Shown: piece by piece, positions 18,977 to 28,495 of the stretch
How the letters are laid out: each line of letters begins with the position of its first letter
Numbering within the stretch: the stretch's first letter is position 1
Assembly (NCBI GenBank): GCA_051382305.1
Contig: JBBCAV010000153.1
Location: forward strand, 6,216 to 70,215
Source of the DNA: Bdellovibrionota bacterium FG-2
GTDB lineage: Bacteria > Bdellovibrionota > UBA1018
Direction: 5' to 3'
Length of the DNA: 64,000 nucleotides
Program-made: the position numbers and the translations under genes
Notes under the pieces: generated by a model
Databases searched by the model: none
What the model saw: only the letters and a program-made list of their open reading frames with translations
Told to the model about the DNA's origin: nothing

Positions 18977-19636
18977 CTAGCCCAGCCACTCCGCGAATTC
19001 CTCCACGCGCTTAAACAACGGCGTGGGTTGCTCGATCATAAAATGATGTTCGGGCAGATGAGCAGGCTTTTTGGCCCACGCCGCGCCCGCAAAAGCACAT
19101 TCTGCCGCACGCGCCCCTTCCCAATCATGGGGATGATCGCCGACGACCAAAATCTGTGAGGGCATGAGCGCCATTTTCTCTAACGTCAAATGAAGGCCTG
19201 AAGGATCAGGCTTGTTGACAGCTACCATGCATCCCCCAACGACCGTTTCGAAATAATCTCGCACTCCGTTTAATCGCAAAACCTGCTCGGCACCAAAGGC
19301 GGGCCGACCTGTCCAGACGCTCATTCGAATGCCAGCGGTTTTAAGCGTGGCAAGCATATCTTTGATTCCCGGGAATAGCGGGATCTTCGAGGCCCCTTGC
19401 GTTGCGAAACTCGCTAACCGCTCAAAGGCAACTTTTGCGTCTTTGGGAGGAAGCAGGTCCTTAAACACCTCGAGCGCAGGCAGCGCTCGAATTCCCTCAA
19501 GCAGCACGTCATCGCAGACAATGCCAAATGGCTCCAGCGCATATTTAAACGACTCAAACACGACGGCCCCTGAATCAATCAAAGTGCCATCCAAATCAAA
19601 AACGACTGCCGCAAATTCGCGCCCCTTCGGTTCCAT
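18977..19636 (-). CDS. HAD superfamily hydrolase (phosphatase)
   Basis: Motif I VVFDLDGTLIDS and motif IV VGDHPHDWEGA. Confidence 0.75.
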   Translation of the reverse strand: MEPKGREFAAVVFDLDGTLIDSGAVVFESFKYALEPFGIVCDDVLLEGIRALPALEVFKDLLPPKDAKVAFERLASFATQGASKIPLFPGIKDMLATLKTAGIRMSVWTGRPAFGAEQVLRLNGVRDYFETVVGGCMVAVNKPDPSGLHLTLEKMALMPSQILVVGDHPHDWEGARAAECAFAGAAWAKKPAHLPEHHFMIEQPTPLFKRVEEFAEWLG

Positions 19637-19676
19637 GCCACAAGCATAGCCCATAAATAATTAAGAGTGAAACATT

Positions 19677-19958
19677 TCAGAGACTCTGGCTTTTTTCCCG
19701 ACGACTATTCTCGGGATTGAACTTTTGCTGTTCTTCCCGATAAAGCGCTTCAAAACGATTTTCAAAGCCTAGAAAATGCTCTTCGAGATAACGCTTTAAC
19801 GTATCCAATTCAAGTTTGACGTGTCCCAGTTCGCCCTGCTGCGCCAGCCGCTGGGCTTCGAGCGATTCCCCAAGAAGTTCAATTTCTCTTTTCAACAAAT
19901 GCATATCCATAGCACCAAGTGTCGACATCGTGTGCCCCCTTAGCGCTTTGGATTGCAA
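19677..19958 (-). CDS. small coiled-coil hypothetical protein
   Basis: Lies between polX and the HAD gene on the same strand. Heptad-like E/L-rich sequence. Confidence 0.4.
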   Translation of the reverse strand: MQSKALRGHTMSTLGAMDMHLLKREIELLGESLEAQRLAQQGELGHVKLELDTLKRYLEEHFLGFENRFEALYREEQQKFNPENSRREKSQSL

Positions 19959-19960
19959 AC

Positions 19961-21724
19961 TCAGTGCCTTCTCAACAACTTCTTAATCTCGCTCCATGAA
20001 CGAGTATTGACGACGTCCGACGCCTCAAGCCCCCCCCGCCGCGCTTGTGCAATGCCCAAAGGCATGAAGTCCAATTCGTGATCATCATGTGCGTCAGAAG
20101 AGATCACAACCTTCACACCCAACGCCTTTGCCAACTTGCAATGCACGTCATTCAAATCCAAACGCTCAGGCTGGGAGTTAAGTTCTAAGAAACACCCCCG
20201 CTCACGCGCGGCCTGTAGGATTTTCTCAATATCAATGTCGTAAGGCTCGCGTTCCAAAAGAAGCCGTCCGGTCGGATGCGCCAGCACATGAAAATGAGGA
20301 TGATCCATCGCGCGAATGATCCGCTCGGCTTGCTTCTCACGCGTTAACTTAAACCGTGAGTGCACTGAGCACACCACCCAATCCAGCGCCGCAAGCAACT
20401 CATCGTCATAATCGAGCGCGCCGTCTTCCAAAATGTCGACCTCGGCGCTTTTCAAAATCCGAAACAAACCATCATTAAGCTCATTAAATCTATCTATCTC
20501 CCGAATGCGCTCCCACAACCTTTTGGGCTCCAACCCCCGCCCCACTGTGAGGCGTTGAGAATGATCCGTCACGGCCAAGTATTCATAGCCCAAGGCCCGT
20601 GCTTTGGCCGCCATCTCTTGGAGCGTTTTTCGCCCGTCGGAAGCGGTCGTGTGGCAATGAAGGTCGCCACGGATATGCGAAGTTAAGACAAGGGAGCGTA
20701 GTTTGTGTGCGAGAGAGGCTTCGATTTCACCTGCGTTTTCTCGCAATTCGGGCGGAATATACGACAATCCCACCGTTTTAAAGATATCCGTCTCCTCTGC
20801 CCCACTCACCCACCTGGCGCCCTTGTATACCCCGTACTCGCTAATACGAAGCCCCTTCTTCATCGCCATCGTTCGCACAGCAATGTTATGCGCCTTTGAA
20901 CCCGTAAAATAGTGCAAAGCAGCGCCCCACTCCCGCTCACTTACGAGCCGTACGTCGACATGCATCCCTGCGTGCCCTTGGGGGTACCCCCTCAATACAA
21001 ACGTCAACTTCTTGGGACCACGCGCCAGGACGGCTTCAATGTCCTCATATTCCAAAATGGTTTTGAGGATTGCGGTATGCCCCTTAGATCCAGCGGCCGC
21101 CTCCACCAAAATATCCAGATCTCCCACTGTTTCCAAACGGCGCCGCAAACTCCCTGCGACCTCCGCTTGCTTAACCCCTGGGATCGCCCGTATATACTCA
21201 AGCATCGGCAATGCGAGTTGATTAGCGGCTACCCAAAGCACGCGAGTGGGAAGCTTGGCCTGCGCCATCTTCTTTACGATTCCCTCATAAAGTTGGTGCG
21301 CAATCTTCTCTCCAAAACCAGGCAGCTCGACCACTCGCTTTTCTTTAAGCGCCTTTTTGAGGTCGTCGATTCCTTGAATTTTAAGATCCGTCATCAAAGT
21401 TCGGACCCGCTTTGGCCCTAAGCCCGGGATCTTCAGTAACTCCAATACCCCTACCGGAATTTTCTGCGTAAGCTCTTCCAAAAGAGCGATTTTCCCTGTC
21501 GTCACGAACTCCGCGATCTTTTGCCCCAGGTCCTTCCCCACCCCGGACATCTTTGGCAAGGCCTCGCCCTTCGCGATTAGCTCCGAGAGTTCCAGCGCAG
21601 ATCCCGTAATGACGCGCGCCGCGTTTCGATAGGCACGTACCCGAAACTCGTTCTCCCCCTGAATCTCGAGAATGTCGGCGATCTCTTCGAAACAAGCGGC
21701 AATTTCAGAATTATGAATAGCCAT
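19961..21724 (-). CDS. polX: DNA polymerase X family protein with C-terminal PHP domain
   Basis: N-terminal helix-hairpin-helix (IQGENEFRVRAYRNAARVI), pol-beta palm (GSLRRRLETVGDLDILV) and PHP His motifs (HCHTTASDGR, VTDHS, SDAHD). Confidence 0.85.
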   Translation of the reverse strand: MAIHNSEIAACFEEIADILEIQGENEFRVRAYRNAARVITGSALELSELIAKGEALPKMSGVGKDLGQKIAEFVTTGKIALLEELTQKIPVGVLELLKIPGLGPKRVRTLMTDLKIQGIDDLKKALKEKRVVELPGFGEKIAHQLYEGIVKKMAQAKLPTRVLWVAANQLALPMLEYIRAIPGVKQAEVAGSLRRRLETVGDLDILVEAAAGSKGHTAILKTILEYEDIEAVLARGPKKLTFVLRGYPQGHAGMHVDVRLVSEREWGAALHYFTGSKAHNIAVRTMAMKKGLRISEYGVYKGARWVSGAEETDIFKTVGLSYIPPELRENAGEIEASLAHKLRSLVLTSHIRGDLHCHTTASDGRKTLQEMAAKARALGYEYLAVTDHSQRLTVGRGLEPKRLWERIREIDRFNELNDGLFRILKSAEVDILEDGALDYDDELLAALDWVVCSVHSRFKLTREKQAERIIRAMDHPHFHVLAHPTGRLLLEREPYDIDIEKILQAARERGCFLELNSQPERLDLNDVHCKLAKALGVKVVISSDAHDDHELDFMPLGIAQARRGGLEASDVVNTRSWSEIKKLLRRH

Positions 21725-22195
21725 GCCCTAGTCTCTAACACAACATCCGTGAAGCAGGGAGATCCTTGCCCAAAAAGACATCTAGAGTTAGGAGTATGGC
21801 CATGCTCCATTACGGTGCCTTCACAATATAATCCGTCAGGCCTTGGATCATTTACTTTGTCGTTTGGGCAACAGACAAATTACTTCGATAATACCGAGCA
21901 AACGGTGACAATATCGGATCTTGGAAAAACAGATATCGCGGACCTCAAGCAGGGGCCTTATGCTGTTAACTATGACAACAACGTGGATGCCGCCTGTTTT
22001 GCCACATACGCGTATAGCAAGGATAGAAAGATCGGCAAGGAGAATCACTTCAACTGGGAGTGCCGACTTACTGGCAAGGGAGGCTCCAAAATGCTGTGTG
22101 CGCTCAAAATGACTTCCAATCCCGAAACGATTGACCCCGAACACGCTGATTATAATACTCGCATTGGAGCGTTCATAGAGTTCGTGCGGAAATAG
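21713..22195 (+). CDS. hypothetical protein
   Basis: 160-aa ORF with no recognised motif. Overlaps the polX start by 12 bp on the opposite strand. Confidence 0.3.
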   Translation: MNSHALVSNTTSVKQGDPCPKRHLELGVWPCSITVPSQYNPSGLGSFTLSFGQQTNYFDNTEQTVTISDLGKTDIADLKQGPYAVNYDNNVDAACFATYAYSKDRKIGKENHFNWECRLTGKGGSKMLCALKMTSNPETIDPEHADYNTRIGAFIEFVRK

Positions 22196-22357
22196 CAATA
22201 TGTGATAGCTGACAACCGTTTGTTTTCGCGACGGCGGATGACCGGCTTCCATAATATGAGATATCCCGACCGCCCCAACTTCTGAAATAGTGAAGTTAGA
22301 GGCTCACCCCCCTGCCGGGTAGGCCATTTTCTTCGCTATTTGCGAAGTTCGGGGATT

Positions 22358-22392
22358 CTTCCAAGATAATTCCAAGATAATTCCAAGATAAA
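22358..22392. repeat. tandem repeat ttccaagataa x3; nearby ccccgctcca x2-3 at 22501..22534
   Basis: Read from the intergenic sequence upstream of the 22556 gene. Confidence 0.7.
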
Positions 22393-22555
22393 GTGAGAAT
22401 TGAGTTAATCGTCAAACCTTCGCAACAGCTTATGCTCTCAGGCACCGGAAGCTTAGTCACAAGAACTCGTCAAAAATAAAAAACATGGGGTCCTTAGCCC
22501 CCCGCTCCACCCCGCTCCACCCCGCTTCGGCCCAGTTTTCGCTACTCATTAGAGC

Positions 22556-23146
22556 ATGACAAACCGCAAACTTGATCACCAATTTAGAGAGCCTACCCGC
22601 ACTGATCCCTATCGCGACACCCGCAAAGCCGCAGGCCTTGCCACTTGCAAGGACTGTGGAGCCGTTTGTTTTCGCGGGCGCTGGGTTTCGGAGGCCGAAT
22701 ATCAAAAGCACTTTGAATTAAGGCCGCTTGAAATGCACAAAGCCACATGCCCCGCCTGCCTAAAACTCAAGTATCGCTATGCCCAAGGTGTGCTTGAACT
22801 TACGGGCACCCAATGGCTTAAATCAAAGAATGCAATTCTCAATACCTTGCGACGATCAGAGCAAATCTTTCGAAAGCGCAACGACCAAAGCCGAATCTTA
22901 TGGTTTGGGGATAACCCAAAACATCGAGAGGTCGCCGACAAATTCAAAATCTATGTCACCCTCCCCGAACTCGCCCGTCACATGGGGCGCCAGCTTCAAA
23001 AAACGTTCAAGGGACTGATCCATACGAGTACCTCCCCAGAAGAGCCTTTTGTTCGTGTGCGATGGGGTGCAGAGCAGCCCATTGATCTAAACCGTCGGCG
23101 CCACACCTCGCGTGCGTTTCGAAAACGAGGATCTAGCAATGCTTAG
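22556..23146 (+). CDS. zinc-ribbon hypothetical protein (CxxC...CxxC)
   Basis: CKDCGAVCF ... CPACLKLKY. Confidence 0.45.
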   Translation: MTNRKLDHQFREPTRTDPYRDTRKAAGLATCKDCGAVCFRGRWVSEAEYQKHFELRPLEMHKATCPACLKLKYRYAQGVLELTGTQWLKSKNAILNTLRRSEQIFRKRNDQSRILWFGDNPKHREVADKFKIYVTLPELARHMGRQLQKTFKGLIHTSTSPEEPFVRVRWGAEQPIDLNRRRHTSRAFRKRGSSNA

Positions 23147-23149
23147 TTT

Positions 23150-23482
23150 CTAAGTCGATTGTTTAGAAAGGTCGACCTGCACGCTGATTTTAAGTTGCTT
23201 GCCATCAGAGCCCAAAACCTCAAAATGAACCCCGGAAGCTTTGCTTGCAGAACTCAAAAGCTCAGCGGCTAACGCCTCCACATCACGTCCGGTGACCCAA
23301 GCAATGACAGAAGAATTATCTAAAACGAGATTGGTTTTCCCACCGACGCCAACCGAAAAACGAAAAGGTTTCCCCCCAGGAAAAGGTACTTTTTCGGAAA
23401 TGGCCGTTCCCTCCCGAAGACTCACAAACTCTTTTTCGCTCAAGCGAAACCTTACTGATCTTCCATCAAGTCGAATGTTCAT
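23150..23482 (-). CDS. hypothetical protein, last gene of the moa operon
   Basis: Overlaps the mobA stop on the same strand. Confidence 0.35.
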   Translation of the reverse strand: MNIRLDGRSVRFRLSEKEFVSLREGTAISEKVPFPGGKPFRFSVGVGGKTNLVLDNSSVIAWVTGRDVEALAAELLSSASKASGVHFEVLGSDGKQLKISVQVDLSKQST

Positions 23483-24047
23483 GGTATTCCTGAAATTCCT
23501 CTGGAGTATTTACATTCAAAAACGCTGCACGCTCAACAGACTGCAACGAGAGTGCCTCTAGGTTACTGCTTTCCCCAAGAAGTTCAAGAAATGCCTGAAC
23601 CGAAAGACGAGAATCCGCAATGCACCGCAACAGGCAATCTAACACCCGAGGCTCGCACCGAAGAGCCACAGGCAGCGGAAATCCCTCAAAATGCACGGCC
23701 AAGGTATCCTCACTCGCCAAGAGGGCTTGCGCCATTTTTTCAAAGTAATGCTTTGTCATTTGCGGCATGTCAACGGGGACAAAAAGTAATGCTTTGGGCG
23801 GAACTTTCTCACCTAGCGCACGCTTCAAGACTGTGCTCACCCCACCCAGAGGACCCAGATCTGGGCAATCATCAGCAATGCCCCCTGCTCCACTCACCCA
23901 AATCTCAGGGGTCACTTCGCGCAGCCGCGCAATCATTCGATCAAGGAATCGCTCACCTGACACCTCAAGTAACTCCTTGGGACGCCCCATCCGCGAGGAT
24001 TTACCCCCCGCCAAAACAACGCCTACAATCTCACGCCCTTGAGCCAC
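23466..24047 (-). CDS. mobA: molybdenum cofactor guanylyltransferase MobA
   Basis: N-terminal VGVVLAGGKSSRMGRPKELL. Confidence 0.8.
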   Translation of the reverse strand: MAQGREIVGVVLAGGKSSRMGRPKELLEVSGERFLDRMIARLREVTPEIWVSGAGGIADDCPDLGPLGGVSTVLKRALGEKVPPKALLFVPVDMPQMTKHYFEKMAQALLASEDTLAVHFEGFPLPVALRCEPRVLDCLLRCIADSRLSVQAFLELLGESSNLEALSLQSVERAAFLNVNTPEEFQEYHEHST

Positions 24048-24508
24048 TGCGATTCACCCTCTTTATAATGTTCCAATTTCCAAATCGGCGCACGGATTTT
24101 GAGTTGCTCTATCAAATAGCGAGACGCTTCAAAGGCCGCCTCGCGATGCGCACTCCCCACGGCTATCCCCACGCTCGCCTCACCCACCGCAAGTTTTCCC
24201 ACGCGATGTACCAGGACAAGGTCTAAATCTTCATCCCACTTGGCGTGCGCATTCGCCACGCTTTCTTGACAAATTTCCCCAAAAATCTTCTCAGATAATC
24301 CAAGATGCGCATCATAAGAAACAGCCAGAACTTCACGACCGTCATGAAAGTTACGAACGATGCCTAAGAAAAGCACACTCGCACCATGCGCAGGGTTCGA
24401 AACAGAAGCCAAAAGGGCTTGCAATCGATTCGCATCGATGGCCTCATCGCTCACTTTTACCGTAATACGCCCCACGCCTCTATCCTCCACAAACCGGCGG
24501 CAACACAC
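24023..24508 (-). CDS. moaE: molybdopterin synthase catalytic subunit MoaE
   Basis: LVLVHRVGKLAVGEASVGIAVGSAHREAAFEASRYLIEQLKIRAPIWK. Confidence 0.7.
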   Translation of the reverse strand: MCCRRFVEDRGVGRITVKVSDEAIDANRLQALLASVSNPAHGASVLFLGIVRNFHDGREVLAVSYDAHLGLSEKIFGEICQESVANAHAKWDEDLDLVLVHRVGKLAVGEASVGIAVGSAHREAAFEASRYLIEQLKIRAPIWKLEHYKEGESQWLKGVRL

Positions 24509-24740
24509 TTAAGGTCATACTCTTTGAGATTCGTGCTTCATCCGAAAGAATATGACTCTCATCCGCAAAAACCGAATCACTCACCAGCGCGGCCTCCATC
24601 GCTTGTGGATCATGAAGCTTGATTTCCTCACTCAAATGCCGACGAAACTCTCCCACGCTACATTCGGAGACAAGGTTGACGTTTAGTTCTGAGCCCAGCC
24701 TCTTAAACGCTCCAAAATATTTTACCTTCACTTCAATCAC
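24480..24740 (-). CDS. moaD: molybdopterin synthase sulfur carrier MoaD (ThiS/MoaD fold, C-terminal GG)
   Basis: 86 aa ending in ...PPVCGG. Confidence 0.75.
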   Translation of the reverse strand: MIEVKVKYFGAFKRLGSELNVNLVSECSVGEFRRHLSEEIKLHDPQAMEAALVSDSVFADESHILSDEARISKSMTLSVLPPVCGG

Positions 24741-26044
24741 AAAAATACTCCTCCGCCACTAAGGGTCGCCTGCAGAGGATAAACCTCTAGCAACTCGCCT
24801 TCTCTCAAAACATCAATAGACTCTGGCAATACCGCCCAGGCGTTAGCCTCCAAAAGCGGACTCACCATGAACGAAGCTTGTCCCTGCAAAATCTTCACAC
24901 GCGCCTGCCCATCTTGCGCGCTTACACGAAGCTGCGCCTTATAGAAACACTCCAAACCCGGAGGTTTCTTCACAACGCCCTCAAGTTTCGCCCAAATAGC
25001 TGACTCGTTCTTTAACCCCATTAGATTTCTCAAAAAAGGAACGACAAAAAAACGCAAGCCAACTGCTGTCGAAACGGGGTTCCCGGGAACGCCAAAAAAT
25101 GAAACGTTTCCGAGCTTAGCAAAAAGAATTGGTTTTCCGGGTCGAATCTTGACCTTATGAAAAAACACTTCAGCGCCTTTTTTTTCTAGGACTTGCGCGA
25201 CAAAATCAAATTTGCCCATCGATACAGCACCTGTTGTTAAAACGACATCTGGTTTTTCCGCCAGTACACGATCTAAGACGCGCTCAAACTCCCGCGCATC
25301 ATCTTGAATATTGCCAAAAAATGTAGCTTGAGCCCCAAAGGTTTTTAGAGAGGCTTCAAGATACGGGGCGCTGGAGTTTCGGATAGTTCCCGGTTTTAGG
25401 CCAACTTTAAGTGCCCCGGTATCCAGATCCACAAGCTCGCGGCCCGTAGAGAGAAAAATCACTTTGGGTTTTCTCAGCACTTCAAGCTTGGCAATCCCTA
25501 ATGAAGCGAACGCCATGATGCACTCTGGGGTGATGCCCCGCCCCTTTTCGCCTATTTGCTGCTCGCGTTTAAAATCTTCACCTATAAAACGAACATTTTC
25601 CCCAGGTTTTAGGGCTTTTCGTAAAATCACCTCCTGTGGGTTGCCCTTTGCGTCGCGCACCAATTCAACATCTTCGATCTTAACCACACCATCAAATTTC
25701 ATCGAACCGTGTGACACCGGCATCGGGGCCCCAGTCATAATCTCGAATACGCCCCCCTCGGCCGCAGGATAATCAACGCAAATGGGGGCATCGCCTGCCG
25801 ATATGCAACCCAACGCTTTCAACTTCAGAGGCGCTGCCGGAGAGGCAGAAAAAGTAAGCAGTGCGTTGACCGCAAATCCATCCATGGCCGAATTGTCAAA
25901 AGAAGGGACTGCCTCTGGTGAAAAGAGATCGGTAGCCAAAACACGTCCCAAAGACTGATCAAGACTCACACTCTCCACACCCCAGGGCCCGAAACTCTGC
26001 GCGACTTGCGTTAGGATTCCGCGCGCTTTAGTGTAAGATAGCAC
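24737..26044 (-). CDS. moeA: molybdopterin molybdotransferase MoeA
   Basis: SFDNSAMDGFAV and overall MoeA domain order. 435 aa. Confidence 0.85.
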   Translation of the reverse strand: MLSYTKARGILTQVAQSFGPWGVESVSLDQSLGRVLATDLFSPEAVPSFDNSAMDGFAVNALLTFSASPAAPLKLKALGCISAGDAPICVDYPAAEGGVFEIMTGAPMPVSHGSMKFDGVVKIEDVELVRDAKGNPQEVILRKALKPGENVRFIGEDFKREQQIGEKGRGITPECIMAFASLGIAKLEVLRKPKVIFLSTGRELVDLDTGALKVGLKPGTIRNSSAPYLEASLKTFGAQATFFGNIQDDAREFERVLDRVLAEKPDVVLTTGAVSMGKFDFVAQVLEKKGAEVFFHKVKIRPGKPILFAKLGNVSFFGVPGNPVSTAVGLRFFVVPFLRNLMGLKNESAIWAKLEGVVKKPPGLECFYKAQLRVSAQDGQARVKILQGQASFMVSPLLEANAWAVLPESIDVLREGELLEVYPLQATLSGGGVFL

Positions 26045-27213
26045 AACCCCTCCTCAAGAACCTCAAACGCAATTGCCACGCACAACACCCAAAGCATATT
26101 GTTCGTGAGGACTGTGACCCCGGCCGCCACAAGAAGTTTCAGTTTCCCAACAGGCAGCCGCCAAGTTTCAACAGCCAATCCCATATGGAAAACTCCCGTC
26201 GCCATGAGCAGGGAGGAAAGCAAAAACGGCGCAATCCCAAGTCCTGAGGGCCCAAACCAAAAGCCAAGCAAAGCCACGGCCATCACGATGTTTGATAAAG
26301 CGCTTCGTGCACCGCCCGAGCCATGGCAAAAAGGGAGTCCCGCGACAGCGGCCGTTAGGAGATTCCCCAATCCAATCGAAACGAGCAGACTCTTGATGCT
26401 CACACGATGGACTGATTCTCCAAAATAGCGATCCACGGCCTGTTTCGTTCCCAGCACAGAATTCGTGAGCGTCAAAGCTTCGGGGGTAATATCGCGAGGA
26501 GAAATTCCGGTGCCGCCTGCAACGACAATAAGATCTGCTTTGTCCGTTTTCGAAAACCTCTCGATAGCAGCCGCCACCAAAGCCACCTCATCGGCAACGA
26601 CTCGCAAGCAGATGTCGCTTGCGCCTTGGGCTTTCAAGATCTCGACCGCTTTGGGGCCTGAAGTGTCCTGTGCGTCTCCGCGCGAGCAGCGATCGCTGAC
26701 GATGAGCACGCGCGCACGAACACCATTCAACGCAAGCGCCGCTTGAGGCTCCGCAGCAGCAGGGGCATGATTGGGATTAACCCACACACCTGATTTGCCC
26801 CCCTCTTTTACGCTCAGGTGAATGCCCGAGATCGTCAGTACCGGATCAATCCCCTTCGTCAAATCATAGACGCACAAAAGCGCCGCACTCACGCCGGCTA
26901 AGGCTTCCATCTCCACACCCGTTTTTGCAAAAGCGTGGGCTTCGCAACTGACAACGACTTCAGAGCCTTGGACTTCACACTTCACATAGACCGCATCTAA
27001 CGGCAAAGGATGGCAAAGTGGCAGCGTTTCAGAAACTCGCTTAGCACCCATGATGCCTGTCATTTCGGCAAGCGCCAGCACGTCACCTTTAGGCATATCC
27101 CGAGCCGCAATTCGCTGAGCCGTCTGGATCGCCATTTCGATTTTGCCGAAGGCCACCGCGCGACGATGAGTCGAAGTCTTCTCTCCTACGTTGATCATTT
27201 TAAAAGTACTCAT
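26011..27213 (-). CDS. moaC: bifunctional MoaC / MogA(MoaB) molybdenum cofactor biosynthesis protein with unusual hydrophobic C-terminal extension
   Basis: N-terminal MoaC region, then MogA-like LIVSDRCSRGD...LIVVAGGTGISPRDITPEA. The last ~95 aa are strongly hydrophobic. Confidence 0.7.
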   Translation of the reverse strand: MSTFKMINVGEKTSTHRRAVAFGKIEMAIQTAQRIAARDMPKGDVLALAEMTGIMGAKRVSETLPLCHPLPLDAVYVKCEVQGSEVVVSCEAHAFAKTGVEMEALAGVSAALLCVYDLTKGIDPVLTISGIHLSVKEGGKSGVWVNPNHAPAAAEPQAALALNGVRARVLIVSDRCSRGDAQDTSGPKAVEILKAQGASDICLRVVADEVALVAAAIERFSKTDKADLIVVAGGTGISPRDITPEALTLTNSVLGTKQAVDRYFGESVHRVSIKSLLVSIGLGNLLTAAVAGLPFCHGSGGARSALSNIVMAVALLGFWFGPSGLGIAPFLLSSLLMATGVFHMGLAVETWRLPVGKLKLLVAAGVTVLTNNMLWVLCVAIAFEVLEEGLCYLTLKRAES

Positions 27214-27216
27214 GAG

Positions 27217-28239
27217 CTAGCCCCCTATTTGCGAAAGATTTTCGATATTTCCCAGGCGCCCCTGACGTAACCCATGAGCTTCGGGTTTTAACTTCAACAC
27301 TGTGCGCACGCGATCCAGCAACTCGCTTTGTTGATCAGGGCTTTGCAATAAATCGCGCAAGCTCGCCGTTTGATTTCCATCCCCAAAAAGACAAAGCCGC
27401 AAAGCGCCTTTAGCGCTCACCCTGAGTCGATTGCAACCGTCACACAAACCTTCTTGATAAGGAGAAATCAATCCCACACTTCCCGCATAATTCGGATGCC
27501 CATACTCAAGCGCTGGGCCATCCGTAGATGATTTGGATTTTGGACTAAAACCGAGGCCAACAAACTTTGACCTCAAAGCATCTAAAGACAAATGAGCCTG
27601 CTCAAAAACCCCTGCTGCGCTGCGAGTTTGCATGAGTTCTATAAAGCGAATACTAAGCTTTTCAGTTCTCGCCCAATGAAGGTAGGCATCAATATCTTGA
27701 TCGTTTAGCCCCTTCATCAACACGACATTGATCTTAATCGATTCAAACCCAGCGTCCTGAGCCGCTCGAACGCCCGCCAAGACTCCATCTCGACGATCCA
27801 TCCCCGTGATAGAGCGGAACCCCTCGCGAGTAAGACTATCAACACTTACATTGATTTGATCCACGCCCGCTTCTTTGAGCGAACTAGCCAAAGCCTTCAA
27901 TCGGTAACCATTCGTCGTAAGCGCAAGGGTATGGATTCCTGACACCTGTTTAGCAACGCGCGCGATCTCCAGAATATCGGCACGAACCGTAGGCTCACCT
28001 CCTGTCAAGCGGACCTTCGTCACGCCTAAAGTGGTAAAAGCAGAAAGGAGATTTTGAATTTCAATGGGGGTCAAAAAAGGGTTCAAAGAATCGGGGGCAA
28101 TACTCCCGCACTTCTCGGCAACGTAACCCTTGGGCAGGCAATAGACGCAACGAAAGTTACACACATCCGTGATCGAAAGCCTGAGGTAATTAAATGTGCG
28201 CCCAAAGGGATCGGCCAAGCCGATCCCGGAATTATTCAC
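27217..28239 (-). CDS. moaA: GTP 3',8-cyclase MoaA (radical SAM)
   Basis: CNFRCVYCLP radical-SAM cluster motif, C-terminal CxxC, 340 aa. Confidence 0.9.
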   Translation of the reverse strand: MNNSGIGLADPFGRTFNYLRLSITDVCNFRCVYCLPKGYVAEKCGSIAPDSLNPFLTPIEIQNLLSAFTTLGVTKVRLTGGEPTVRADILEIARVAKQVSGIHTLALTTNGYRLKALASSLKEAGVDQINVSVDSLTREGFRSITGMDRRDGVLAGVRAAQDAGFESIKINVVLMKGLNDQDIDAYLHWARTEKLSIRFIELMQTRSAAGVFEQAHLSLDALRSKFVGLGFSPKSKSSTDGPALEYGHPNYAGSVGLISPYQEGLCDGCNRLRVSAKGALRLCLFGDGNQTASLRDLLQSPDQQSELLDRVRTVLKLKPEAHGLRQGRLGNIENLSQIGG

Positions 28240-28242
28240 TGT

Positions 28243-28400
28243 AATTAGCCCCTTTCCAAACGCGGAAGGTCAATACTTACGCGGAAGTTTTGTCCGTACG
28301 CTACTCCACAATTTAAAGACTTGCAATTGGCCCAAAAACCTCTATAAAGGCCCTCGCACCTTTTCAGCCCCAAGGGTGTCCCTTTTAGAGTTGACGCAAC
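28243..28400 (-). ncRNA. candidate Moco riboswitch / long structured 5' leader of moaA
   Basis: About 180-nt leader on the moaA strand containing CCUUGGGGCUGAAAAGGUGCGAGGGCC. The motif assignment is not verified. Confidence 0.2.
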
Positions 28401-28495
28401 AAGTTGCTCCTGATAGACGCTACGCATCTAGCGGGATTCGTTTGGGACGTTGAACCTACAAAGTAACTTTACTAAGAAGTCTTAGGAGGACTTAT

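Noticed and set aside
22358-22534. Possible CRISPR array from the short tandem repeats
   Set aside because: The repeats are only 10-11 bp, contiguous and without spacers, and no cas genes lie nearby. They are simple tandem repeats.
22457-22711. 84-aa minus-strand ORF
   Set aside because: It reads through a U-rich terminator-like sequence (…MFFIFDEFL) and overlaps the start of the 22556 gene, so it is likely non-coding.
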